The position numbers were made by a program, and so were the translations under genes. DNA of 57,173 nucleotides, from contig JYFJ02002425.1 in the NCBI GenBank assembly GCA_000934665.2, positions 1 to 57,173 of the forward strand, read 5' to 3'. Positions within the stretch are counted from its first letter, which is position 1; each line of letters begins with the position of its first letter. The notes under the pieces are model-generated. The model worked only from the letters and a program-made list of their open reading frames with translations, ran no database searches and had not been told where the DNA came from. The DNA comes from Catajapyx aquilonaris (taxonomy: Eukaryota). Positions 39,460 to 50,228 of this stretch are shown in pieces.

Positions 39460-39499
39460 TTTATTTGTCACATATGCATTTATAAATTTCGGAAATAAA
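39460..39499. terminator. Opposed poly(A) signals of the lipocalin (+) and ACS-1 (-)
   Basis: AATAAA at 39494-39499 on +, and TTTATT at 39460-39465 (AATAAA on -), within the 78-bp gap between the two stop codons. Confidence 0.65.
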
Positions 39500-39506
39500 C
39501 GTGTAT

Positions 39507-41563
39507 TCACCACAAGCTGTAGTTCTTCAGTTCTCGCCGCAGTATCTTCCCATTGGGATTTCTTGGAATTTTGTTTACAAACACCAGGCCACCTCTGAGC
39601 TGTTCGTAGTCTGCTACATTATCTGCGGTACAAGCCTCGTGTAGCCACCACCCATGATTAATTAGTTCCATGACACATACCTTTAACGAAATTGATAAGC
39701 TCGTCTTTACTTAGGTCTCTTCCAGCTAAACTAGAGCTACGAACAATGTGGGCCCTTGGCAGCTCTCCAGAATGGTCATCTGCAATTCCAACAACGGCTG
39801 CATCCTCCACTCCTGGGTGTTGCAATAGGAGGGCTTCAATAGCAACTGGGGCCACTTGATATGACTCGTATTTTATCAACTCTTTAACTCGGTCCACGTA
39901 GTAAATGCAGCCTTGACCGTCGTGGTAGCCCAGGTCACCCGTTTTGAGCCAACCATCGTGATCCAGAATGAGACTTGTTTCCTCAGGTTTGTTGAGGTAT
40001 CCTTTCATAGTGCATGGAGACTTGACATATATTTCGCCTGTTTGATATGCACCCAGTGATGAACCAGTAGGGTGCACAATCTGAAATTTGTTGTGAATTT
40101 ATCTGACAGTTTGTACACCATAATAATGTACTTAAACGTCACCTTCACCGACGCGTATGAACTGACGTGTCCAATGCAACCAGTTTTCTCGTCTGAACCG
40201 TCAACAGTGTCTGTCACTGTCCCATCCTTTTCAGTCATAGGCAGCGTGGTACAAACGTTCAGGCTTTCAGTCAATCCATAAAACTGAAATGATTTTGGTA
40301 ATAACATTGCTTATTTAAAAAACAACTAAAGTTAGTACGTACTTGCAGTATTGACTTGAGGTTTCGAACGCGTATGCCGATGTGACGATGTGTATTGGCC
40401 GGAAGCACTCCACCACCGACCATGATTGTTGTCAAACAGCTAAGGTCATAGCGGTTCACTAGTGGGCTCTTGCTCAATACCGCCACTTGATGTGTGTAGG
40501 TGGAAAGTGCTGAAGGCTGAAAATTGCCGAATCACAGACATATAATGATGAATCTTTTTTGGCCATGACAGCGACAGTACCTTGTGTTGATGGATGGCTT
40601 TTAGCAGTTCTTCTTCAGTAAAAGACGACGCAATGAGCAATTGAGTGCCTTTACCCAACCAGCTCAGAGCAAAGAACATTCCAGATACATGGAAGAAGTG
40701 ATTAGTCAGCAAGACTTTCATCCGCAGATTGGCCGCAGTCCTGCAAAGCAATACCAAGAGAGTGTTCGCAAATGTTTTGTCCATTGTCGTACTGTACTAC
40801 CTGAACTGACTCAAGGTGGCCACAAGCGAAAAGTGAGTGTGCATGACTCCTTTAGGAAGACCTGTGGTGCCACTGGAGTAGGCCAGGTACACCACATCCT
40901 CAGTCAGATTGGGAACCACAGAGGGAGGAGCTGCTGTGGCTTCTTCCAACAGCAAGTCAGATATGGGGGTCACTCCTTCAGGAGGTGTTCCTGTTCCCAA
41001 AAGAAACACCTTGTGGACGCGCACACCACTGGTCCTCACAGCATCAAGACCCCTATGGAGTGTCTCAGAGTCGCACACCAGCATCCTTGCCTGGCTGTCT
41101 TTCAGCTGGTCTGTCAACTGACCTGGCATTCGAATCATCAATTAATGCAAATCAAATAGTGACTGAACATACCAGTTGTGGCCTTTGGATTGGCACATGT
41201 CACACATCCTCCGCAAGACCATGCGGCAAGAACAGGGTAGAAGTACTGCGGCAGGTTACGGGCAAACATGCACAAGACATCTGCTCGTCCATACCCAATC
41301 CGGGACAACCCTGAGGCCACCTTCCTCACAGACAGTCCTACATCCGACAGTTTGACTTGATGACCATCCACCACATCTTCCTACACGACAATGAGATTTA
41401 GTGAAGAGAAACGGGGCCTGGAGTAACTTACCATCCAGGTGTGATCTCCATGTTTCTCCAACCCTCTTTGAGCCTGACTTAAGAGGTATTCGTGCACTGT
41501 CTTCGCCGGTACGTCAGACACAGAACGTGGTTTCGGGGAGTTAATTACGTTCATGTCAGCCAT
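39507..41563 (-). CDS. Luciferase-like / 4-coumarate-CoA-ligase-like adenylate-forming enzyme ACS-1 (8 exons)
   Basis: P-loop [69 protein letters not shown]; ends NYSLW-stop. Confidence 0.92.
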
Positions 41564-41613
41564 TCCGAGCCTATTGACGTGTAACCTAAGACGTCCTCAT
41601 AACATCAGGTCGT

Positions 41614-41672
41614 TTATCTTATCACCTAAGTTATCTCTGAGCAAAGAACCAGCTTGTAATAGCACCTGATAA
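41614..41672. promoter_or_regulatory. Cluster of four WGATAR (GATA) sites upstream of ACS-1
   Basis: ttatct 41614, ttatca 41619, ttatct 41631 and tgataa 41667, 50-110 bp upstream of the ATG. Confidence 0.45.
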
Positions 41673-41910
41673 TGGAGGTAAATCTAGCTATATTAGTATC
41701 ATATAAATTCCAGTAAGTGTTCCTTGGTCACTATTAGGTCACGCTATAGCAATTACTTGGAAAGTAATATGTAAGAATATATTTTTATTGCTCCCAGTAC
41801 ATCTTTTGTGGTTGGCTAATTTCATGAGACTACAATAATACTTATGGTAAAATATCCCCATTTTATATTGTTGCGTTGACATCTTGCAGTCACTACGAAT
41901 AGTACAATAT

Positions 41911-44788
41911 CTAGCAGCGTTTTTTAAGTTCGCGACGTAAAGTTTTCCCACTAGGATTTCTGGGAATGGACTCCACGAAGACCAAGCCGCCTCGTAGTCT
42001 CTCGTAGTCGGCCACACGTGCTAGAAAATCATTGCACCGTTACTATCGGACACATATTTTTGTTATACAGACACTTGCCATTGATATATTGGATGACCTC
42101 GTCCTTGCTCAAGTCGCGACCTGGGAAACCTGAGCTCCGGACCGCGTATGCCCTCGGAAGTTCACCCGCATCGTCGTCCGGTATTCCAACCACAGCTGCG
42201 TCCTGTATTCCTGGATGCTGCAGCAACAGTGCTTCCAAAGCTGCAGGTGCAACCTGCACACATAGAGACAGTACGTATGCCAAACCCATACATTTGAACA
42301 GTGTAACTCACCTGGTGAGACTGGTATTTGATCAGCTCTTTCTCTCTTTCAACAAAGTACACCAGTTCGTCCGAGTCGTAATAAGCCATGTCCCCAGTGC
42401 ACAACCATCCATCCTTGTCCACCACGCGGCTAGTTTCCTGTGCACCATTTATGTTATTGTTATGATAGATACCGGTACAGTGTTGCACATTAATCGCGTC
42501 TTACTGCTAGCGACATACCTCGGGTTTCTTGAAGTATCCTTTCATCAGTAATGGCGACTTCACATGTAGTATTCCAGGCATGTTAGGACCTAATGTTTCT
42601 CCCGTGGATTCCTCAACAATCTGAAAGACCGTTGGAGGCCCGGTAAAACATGATGCGCAACGCAGGTGCAACGTGTTGAACACCGGTACTGGTACCTTCA
42701 ATTGCGAGAAAGGGCACACGTTACCGACACATCCAGCCTTGACCTCTGTGCCTTTAGTGATGTCAATTTCACCTGTGCTGGAAGTCGCGTCTGGTATAGT
42801 GGTAGTGATGGCCATGCATTCAGACATGGCATACACCTGCAATGGCAGCAATTATAGCGATTTACAAGTGTTTTATAACGTAAGTACATGCTTTAAAATG
42901 ACCTCATTGTGTACGTGCTTGAACCGGTTTTATGTCATACACTTCCTGTTTTGCATATCGCAATCAAAAATTGTCTGATTTGTCATCTATACACCTAATA
43001 TGAAACACATTCAAAACTTTGAGTCCAATAATGCCTCACGAGGCCACATTCGCATGAATATTAAATGACTGCGTAATACGATCGTGCTTTCATATAATAA
43101 AACTATATATATAGTTTTTACGCGTAATGCAAGGCCGTGGGAGAAGTGGCATATGCCACTTCTCCCACGGCCTTGCATTACGCGTAATGACAATTATACT
43201 TCCGGTTATATAATTTCAGCAAGTCACGCATTGACTCCCAAAAAGCACGAATTACATCTTACTTCCTGCTTCTTACCTGTAACAACGACTTCAAGTTTGG
43301 TAACCGATTCTTCACGCATCGGTGGATGTCCGCTGGCAAAATAGCACCACCAGTCAGCACAATCTGCAAGCTGCCCATGTCGTACATGTCCACCAACGGG
43401 TTCTTACTCAGCATTGTCAGTTGGTGCGGGTACAACAATGCCGCAGAAGGCTGTTGACAATTGCATGAGACATACCGGTACAGAGGTGCATCGTTTGTAC
43501 TCACAATACCTTTTTGTCGTTTATGGTTTTAAGCAGCGTCTCGTCAGAGTATTCGGACATTGTATGCATCGATGCACCTCTTCCAAGCCAGTTTAAACTC
43601 GCGATGAATCCGGAGACGTGGAAGAAACAGGCGGTCAGGAGAAATCGCATTCCGGGGTTCTTGGTGCTTCTGCAATCGGATATTGTGTAAGGTGCATTCG
43701 GGGGAATATCGCGTCGTACTGCTAGCGACATTTGTCGATGCGGCAGACGTGCCAATCGAAGTGATAGAGCCGTCCGAGTAAGAAGAGGTGGGCCTTGAGT
43801 GACGTCACCGGCTGGGGGGGCAGTGGAGAAAGTGCTTGTCCCCCAGCCAGTGGCGTCACCCAAGGGCTACCATTTCTTACTCTCACGGCTCGCACTTCCA
43901 TTTGCACATCTGCCGCATTTGAAAAATGTCGCTATAGCAGTATGACGGATTTAATGTCCAGCACTTTTCTTACTGGTATTGGGTAAAGCAGGCCATTAGA
44001 GAGAAATGGGTGTGCATGACTCCTTTAGGAAGACCAACAGTTCCACTTGAATATACCAGTAGTGTCATCTGGTCCTTCACGTCCACAGGTTTTGGCTGTG
44101 GACAAGCTGCAGGCTTGTTATTAGTTTTCGCACATTTTGTCATTGAACATCTTTATACCTTTGCCATCATCACGTAGAATGTCTTTGATGGACACAATAC
44201 CTTCCGGTACAATTTTTGACCCATCTCCAATCAGGACAATGTGCTTCACTTCAGTTTGGGCCACTACTTCCAATGCCTTTGGAAGTGTCTTTGGATCACA
44301 TATAAGCACCTTAGCACCGCAATCATTAAACTGACGCATCAACTGGTCTGTAAAAAAAATCGTGAAAAAACTGCGTCTTTAATTGAGTTAAAACTGGAAA
44401 TACCTGTTGTGGCCATGGTGTTAGAAGTGGTGACGCAACCTCCGCATACCCAGGCTGCGACAACCGCAACGAAATAGTGCGGATAGTTATGCGCATACAA
44501 GCACAGGACATCCCCAGTCCTAAACCCTTTCTTGGACAGCCAACTGGACATTCTCCGAACAGCAGGCTCGAACTCGGACAACAAAATACGCTGACCACTG
44601 ACCACATCTTCCTACATAGAACAGCCTATGTAAAATAGTCGAAAAAGAACCAACGATCCACTTACCATCCATACATAATCCGGATCCTCCTTCAGCCATG
44701 ACCTGACCTTATCCAGAAGGTACTCATGCACAGGTACCAACGGAACTTCATCAGCAGACCGAGGATTTTTGGATCGTAGGATGCTCAT
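41911..44788 (-). CDS. Luciferase-like / 4CL-like adenylate-forming enzyme ACS-2 (11 exons)
   Basis: Starts [68 protein letters not shown]; ends KKRC-stop. The last intron is GC-AG. Confidence 0.9.
42478..42516. mobile_element. Solo terminal inverted repeat of the Tc1-like MITE (remnant D)
   Basis: TA|CAGTGTTGCACATTAATCGCGTCTTACTGCTAGCGACAT matches the left end of copies A and C and abuts the minus-strand splice donor at 42517-42518. Confidence 0.8.
43118..43187. repeat. Perfect 70-bp spacerless palindrome in an ACS-2 intron
   Basis: ttacgcgtaatgcaaggccgtgggagaagtggcat followed by atgccacttctcccacggccttgcattacgcgtaa. Confidence 0.95.
43708..43965. mobile_element. Tc1/mariner-type MITE, copy B, in ACS-2 intron 43670-43973
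   Basis: Palindromic arms with twin gtgacgtcac motifs flanking a short loop; homologous to copies A and C; both ends are eroded. Confidence 0.85.
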
Positions 44789-45146
44789 CCTTACTCAACC
44801 AGATCTCAAGCTCTAATGGCCAGCAACTAGTACATGCAAAGTACTCTCACTAAGGACGTCACAATGATGTGTCCACCAATGGGCGAGAAAAATTAACTGC
44901 GGAAAAGATGAAAGTGTTTTTTTTTTTGTTATTATGCCATCACGCGATAGGTGGAAAGGGAAAGGGTTACACGTGCATTGAAATCTGCTGAGTTTTACTT
45001 TCCATTCAATTCTTGTTACGACTAGTGCAAGGTGAAGGGCATTACTGTTATGTAGTGTAAAATTTCATTTAGGCACGTTGCAGGTGATTTATTGAACATC
45101 AAGTGTTAGGAAGCATATAAGCAAACTACAACTACAATGCAAATCT

Positions 45147-47660
45147 TCACATATTGCGTAGATCACGTCGCACAATTTTTCCTAGAGCATTCCTAGGAAT
45201 AGATTCCACAAAAACGACACCACCACGAAGTTTCTCGTAATCGGCCAGTCGTCCTGTAAAATATCATATAGATTGTATACTGTATGTTGATATTGCAAAT
45301 TATGACTCACCGTGGGCGTAGTTGATGACTTCTTCTGCGGTCAAATTGGTTCCGGATTGGTCAGAACTTCGCACTATGAATGCCTTAGGAATTTCTCCAC
45401 CTTCAGTATCAGGGATGCCAAGCACGCCTGCTTCTTTAATCCCTGGGTGCTGGATAAGCATGGCTTCTAGGGACGCTGGAGCGATCTGCACGTGTTCAAA
45501 CATGTCTCAACGGCTTTTAACGGTCGCATAAGATGGGGTAGCTCTTACCTGATGGGATTTATACTTGATGAGCTCCTTAGCTCTCTCGACAAAGTACACC
45601 AGCTTGTCTTCGTCGTAATAGCCTATGTCGCCAGTGCACAGCCAACCTTCCTTGTCAATAACTTTTGCTGTTTCCTGTCATATACATTGTGTAAGAAAAG
45701 TGTACAGTGTTGGACATTAATCGCGTCATACTGCTTGCGACATTTTCTGATGCGTTTGAAGTGCAAATCGAAGTGAGCCGTGCGAGTAAGATGAGGTAGG
45801 CCTTGAGTGACGTCACCGGCTGAGGGGACATGGAGAAAAGGCTTGTCCCCAGCCAGTGACGTCACCCAAGGGCTACCATTTCTTACTCGCACGGCTCGCA
45901 CTTCGATTTGCACGTCTGCCTCATGTCGCTAGCAGTATGACGGAATTAATGTCCAGTATACTGTACGGCAGAGGTAACAGAACATACTTCTGGATTGTTG
46001 GCGTAGCCTTTCATCACGCATGGTGATTTGACGTGTAGAATCCCGTTCTTATTAGGACCCAATGCTTCACCTGTCACTTCATCAACGATCTACGAGACAG
46101 AAACAGTGATTGGACGCTCTATTAATTTCATGGAGTTGATATACCTTTATTTGAGCAAACGGGCACGGATAACCAATGCAACCTTCTCGAGACTCTGAAA
46201 CATAAATGGGAGATAACATAAAATACTGTAGATAAATATTTTGCAGTTATCTCACCAGCTGCAAGGGACAAGGCTTCATTGCCAGGGTTGAGTGAGGGCA
46301 TCAGGCTAGTAATTCCGATGCATTCGGACATTGCATATGCCTGAAAAGTGCGGATACATTGTGATGGTCTGCATATATCTTTCATAGCAACGTAATACCT
46401 TCAGAAGAGCTTTGAGGGCTGGAAATCTAGTCTTCACATTTTTGATAACATCTGAAGGTAAAGCTGCTCCGGTGGTGAAACACATCTGCAAACTATTAGC
46501 GTCGTACTTGTCCACCAGTGGGCTCATACTCAACATGGTCAGTTGGTGGGGATACAGGAACCCAACCACAGGCTGTCACAAACACAACGTTATCGCGGGA
46601 TCTCCAAAGTATTGCATTGCCGTACCTTCTTATCTTGTATCACTTTAAGCAGAAGCTCGTCTGAATATTCCGAAAGGGTGTTCAGTTGGATACCTTTTGC
46701 CACCCAGCTCATGCAACTGACAAATCCGGACACATGGAAGAAGTACGGTGTTAACAAAAACTGCAAGCCAGGTTCGTCGGATATGCTGTACAACAATACA
46801 TTTTATTAGTATTCTTCCTATACTGTCTGTAGGAAACACTCACTGTTGTTGATTCAGAGTGGCCATGACTGTGTAATGAGTGTGCATAATTCCTTTGGGA
46901 AGACCAGATGTCCCGCTAGAGTAGACCAACAAGGCCACATCCTCCTTCAAGTCCAACTTCACAGACGATGGGTAATCTGCTCATTAACAATTTCATGAAA
47001 TACAGCCCATCAGTGTCTGTCCTCTCTCATTACCGTTGTCATCACCCAGAAGGATGTCGTTCAAGGAGGTAACGCCCTCCCCAGACGATCCGGCCTTGCC
47101 AATCACAATAATATTCTTGACTTGGACAGACCGAGTGGCCTCCATGCAATCCGCAAGTGTCGTGTGGTCACAAACCAGTACCTTCGTCTTCGAGATCTCA
47201 ATTTGACGTGATATCTTATCTGCCATGAAACAATAGTAGTGGTAAAGTAAATTAAAAATGTAAGTGTGGCATACCAGGATTGGACATGATGTTGGATGTG
47301 GTGATGCATCCTCCGCACACCCAGGCTGCCAACACACAGCTGAAGAAGTGCGGGAAGTTGTTCATGTGCATGCACATTACATCTCCTCGTCCAAACCCAT
47401 TCTTGGACAGCCAACTTGCAATTTTTCGGACAGACGGCTCCACTTCGGACAGCCGCATGTTCTGGCCACTGGCACAGTCCTCCTGTTGACCAACATGTGT
47501 CAGTGTGCATTGAAGCGAATACTTTGCATATTCTTACCAGCCAGACGTAATCATCGCGGGTCTCGAGCCAGTTGCGAATTCTTTCCAGCAAAAATTCGTG
47601 TACGGGCTTCAGAGGTATGTCATCCACGGAGGACGGATTGATAGCACGAAGAATGGTCAT
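45147..47660 (-). CDS. Luciferase-like / 4CL-like adenylate-forming enzyme ACS-3 (12 exons)
   Basis: Starts [69 protein letters not shown]; ends LRNM-stop. Confidence 0.9.
45705..45963. mobile_element. Tc1/mariner-type MITE, copy C (both ends intact, TA flanks), in an ACS-3 intron
   Basis: TA|CAGTGTTGGACATTAAT ... ATTAATGTCCAGTATACTG|TA. CAGT termini with TA duplication are characteristic of Tc1-family elements. No coding capacity. Confidence 0.88.
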
Positions 47661-47695
47661 CCTGCTCTGCTGGTAACACGGTTGTGTCAAGGTCC

Positions 47696-47701
47696 TTTAT
47701 A
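47696..47701 (-). promoter_or_regulatory. Candidate TATA box of ACS-3
   Basis: TATAAAG on the minus strand about 36 nt upstream of the ATG; it would imply a very short 5' UTR. Confidence 0.35.
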
Positions 47702-48450
47702 TGCTGTACGGTGGTGGGAATGAGGCAGATGACTTACTGAGAGCAAATATGCACTTGCCACGATAAGCTGTGATGCTGATAGTGCTAGCTCACGATATGT
47801 AGTGCACGGAGTAGTACATGATGTAACGCACCGCTAACAAGGTCACTGGCGAGGATCCAATCTCACTGACAATAGTCCTCGGCGGTCCTCGGCTTTCTCC
47901 AAATGAAATGAATGTGAACTTCCCATTGGAGCCAACGACTCGGGGGATACGTTACGCATGTCCTGAAATAGTTTCGCACACGCGATGGAAATGGGTCATC
48001 CATTATGCGTATTGCGTATTCGATGCTGGGCACGCTGGAAATTAGTAGTGTAAGGCTAGAGCCTTAAAATGGTTTCAGAATAATTGCAACAATGATGTTT
48101 ATTGCACTTTACAATGAGCAGGGCCTTGAACAAATAAACCTGGCAGTACAGTTGAGCTTCTCTGGCAAACAAGGTGCAATGTTTGTGTTCCCAATGAACC
48201 TCGATGCCATCGACCGTACCCATCAACCCCGCACCAAAAGTGACCGGGGTTACGCGGTACGCAGTTTGAACCTTCCCGCTCCGCCGTGCCCCGCCGTGTC
48301 CGGGTATGCCCAACCCAATCTATTAATGCCAACCACATTTTAAATCCGCCTAAAAATAAGATTAATCCTTAAATTAAAACAAGTGCTTTAAAACATGAAC
48401 GTACAGTGAGCGTGGTTTGCAGAGTGTCCGCCCGTGCCAAGTGGCGCTGG

Positions 48451-48489
48451 GTGTGTGTGTTTGCGTGTGTGTGTGCGTGTGTGTGTGTG
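48451..48489. repeat. Imperfect (GT)n microsatellite upstream of neuroguidin
   Basis: gtgtgtgtgtttgcgtgtgtgtgtgcgtgtgtgtgtgtg. Confidence 0.9.
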
Positions 48490-48717
48490 ATTTTTCACCC
48501 CCACCCGCTTCCCTCGCCCACCACCACCGCCGATCCCCCCCGGTTCCCCCTTCCTTCCCCACGCACCTCCCCCGCTTTGCAACAACCGCCGGGAGAAGAA
48601 AGAGGAAGAGGCCTAGTCCTGATGAGGAAGTGAGGGCCATTGCACTCAGGGGCCGACTGAGGACCTCCTCGACGACGCAGCCAGCTAAGCGAAGGGTGTG
48701 CACCAACAGCAGCAGCC

Positions 48718-50228
48718 ATGGTCCAGGTACGTTTGCATGCTACACTAGGCCTGGAGCAGAACACTGCAGTTCCAACACTATTCCAGGCGTCAGCAATGGA
48801 GGATGTGTGTGTGGAAGAAGACCTACCGCAGGCCTTGGTACTACTCAAGGAAATGAAGGAGCATGTGCAGAAGGTCACGCAGCTGGTCGACAACATGCTG
48901 CTGAGAGTCAAGAATGGGGAAGTGTCCACGTCTAAGGTGAGTCGAGAAGCCGTCCATGTGATGCCACTGTCACTTACATTTTGCATCGTAGGGTCTCAGC
49001 TTTCTGGAGGTCAAATACCACATGCTTCTGAGCTACCTCATCAACGTCACGTGCGTCATTTTGCACAAGTGCTCCGGGCAGAAGATTGAAGGCGATCCTG
49101 CCATAGGTACGGTTGCTGTTGCTAGCGATTGGGGTCGAGGATTAACCTGGTTTGTTTTAGGTCGTCTGGTTGAAATACGTACCATACTGGACAAGATACG
49201 TCCGTTAGATCAGAAGCTGAAGTACCAGGTAGACAAGCTGGTCAAGACAACGGCAACTGGAATGGTCCATGAACAAGATCCACTCCGTTTCCGGGCCAAT
49301 CCTGAGAACTTGATCAGCAAGGTACGTTGTCAGTGTGATGCATTTTGGTTGCTGGAACGTACGGTTACATGTGCTTCAATGCCTCTTTATAGTTGGCCAT
49401 CAACAGTGGGGAGAGCGATTCAGACGATGAGACAAAATCAAAAGGGACGTATGTGCCACCCAAGTTAGCTGCAGTGAGATATGGTACGTATGGGATGCAC
49501 ATCATGTGTTGGATTGCGCTGAGAATATCTTTCTAAAATCCAGAGGGGGATGTGACGGAAGCGGAGCGCCAACACCAGCGTCTGGAGCGGGCTCGCAAGC
49601 GTGCCTTGAGCAGCAGTATCATGCAGGACTTGAAAGACGAGTACCTGGATACTCCAGCGGAGATCTACGACATGACTGAAACCTACTCAGCAAGGATCAG
49701 TCGTGAGGCCAGGGAGCGCAAAGAGTATGTATATTACTGGATACAGCATGCGTCTTGAAGGTAGAATTTGCGTACTCAAATGGCAACAGCCAGAAACAAG
49801 GACCCTGTAGGGTTAATTAGTTGTGAGGGCATGACAATCTTGTACTGAGAGGATATGAATCGCATTAATGCTTTGAATTTGACTCCAGGTATGAAGAAAC
49901 GTACTTGAAGCGTGTCCCGCTAAGCAAGAAAGAGCGGCACAAGCTGCGACAGCTGAGTACGTTGGGCTCGCTGGGTGAGGAGCTGACTCGTTTTGGGGAC
50001 GTGGCAGCACTGGCCGATGACGATCCAATGGAGGGGACGTCTGGTGGTGGTGGTGGGAAGAAACGCCGGGTCCGCAAGGACAAGGGAAAAGGGAAGAAGA
50101 AAGGCAAGTCAATTTTGCAGGCCTAAGCCGAATAACCATGCCCCATTTGGATGAATATTTTGTAGTGGGGCCATAAAATTGTAAGACTGACCACTGCTTT
50201 TATTCCAGGCTTCCGAAAGAAGAACTGA
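48718..50228 (+). CDS. NGDN: Neuroguidin (Sas10/Utp3/C1D family, Lcp5 homologue)
   Basis: Eight exons (48718-48726, 48787-48936, 48992-49107, 49161-49321, 49393-49482, 49544-49724, 49889-50103, 50209-50228). GLSFLEVKYHMLLSYL, RLVEIRTILDKIRPLDQKLKYQVDKLVK, DPLRFRANPENL, YVPPKL, RARKRALSSS; ends KGFRKKN. Confidence 0.93.

Noticed and set aside
39507..47660. Calling the ACS genes true beetle-type luciferases
   Set aside because: The luciferin-pocket motif RQGYGLTE is not retained (no Arg, Gly replaced by F/V/A) and there is no PTS1. Luciferase-like ligases are common in non-luminous arthropods.
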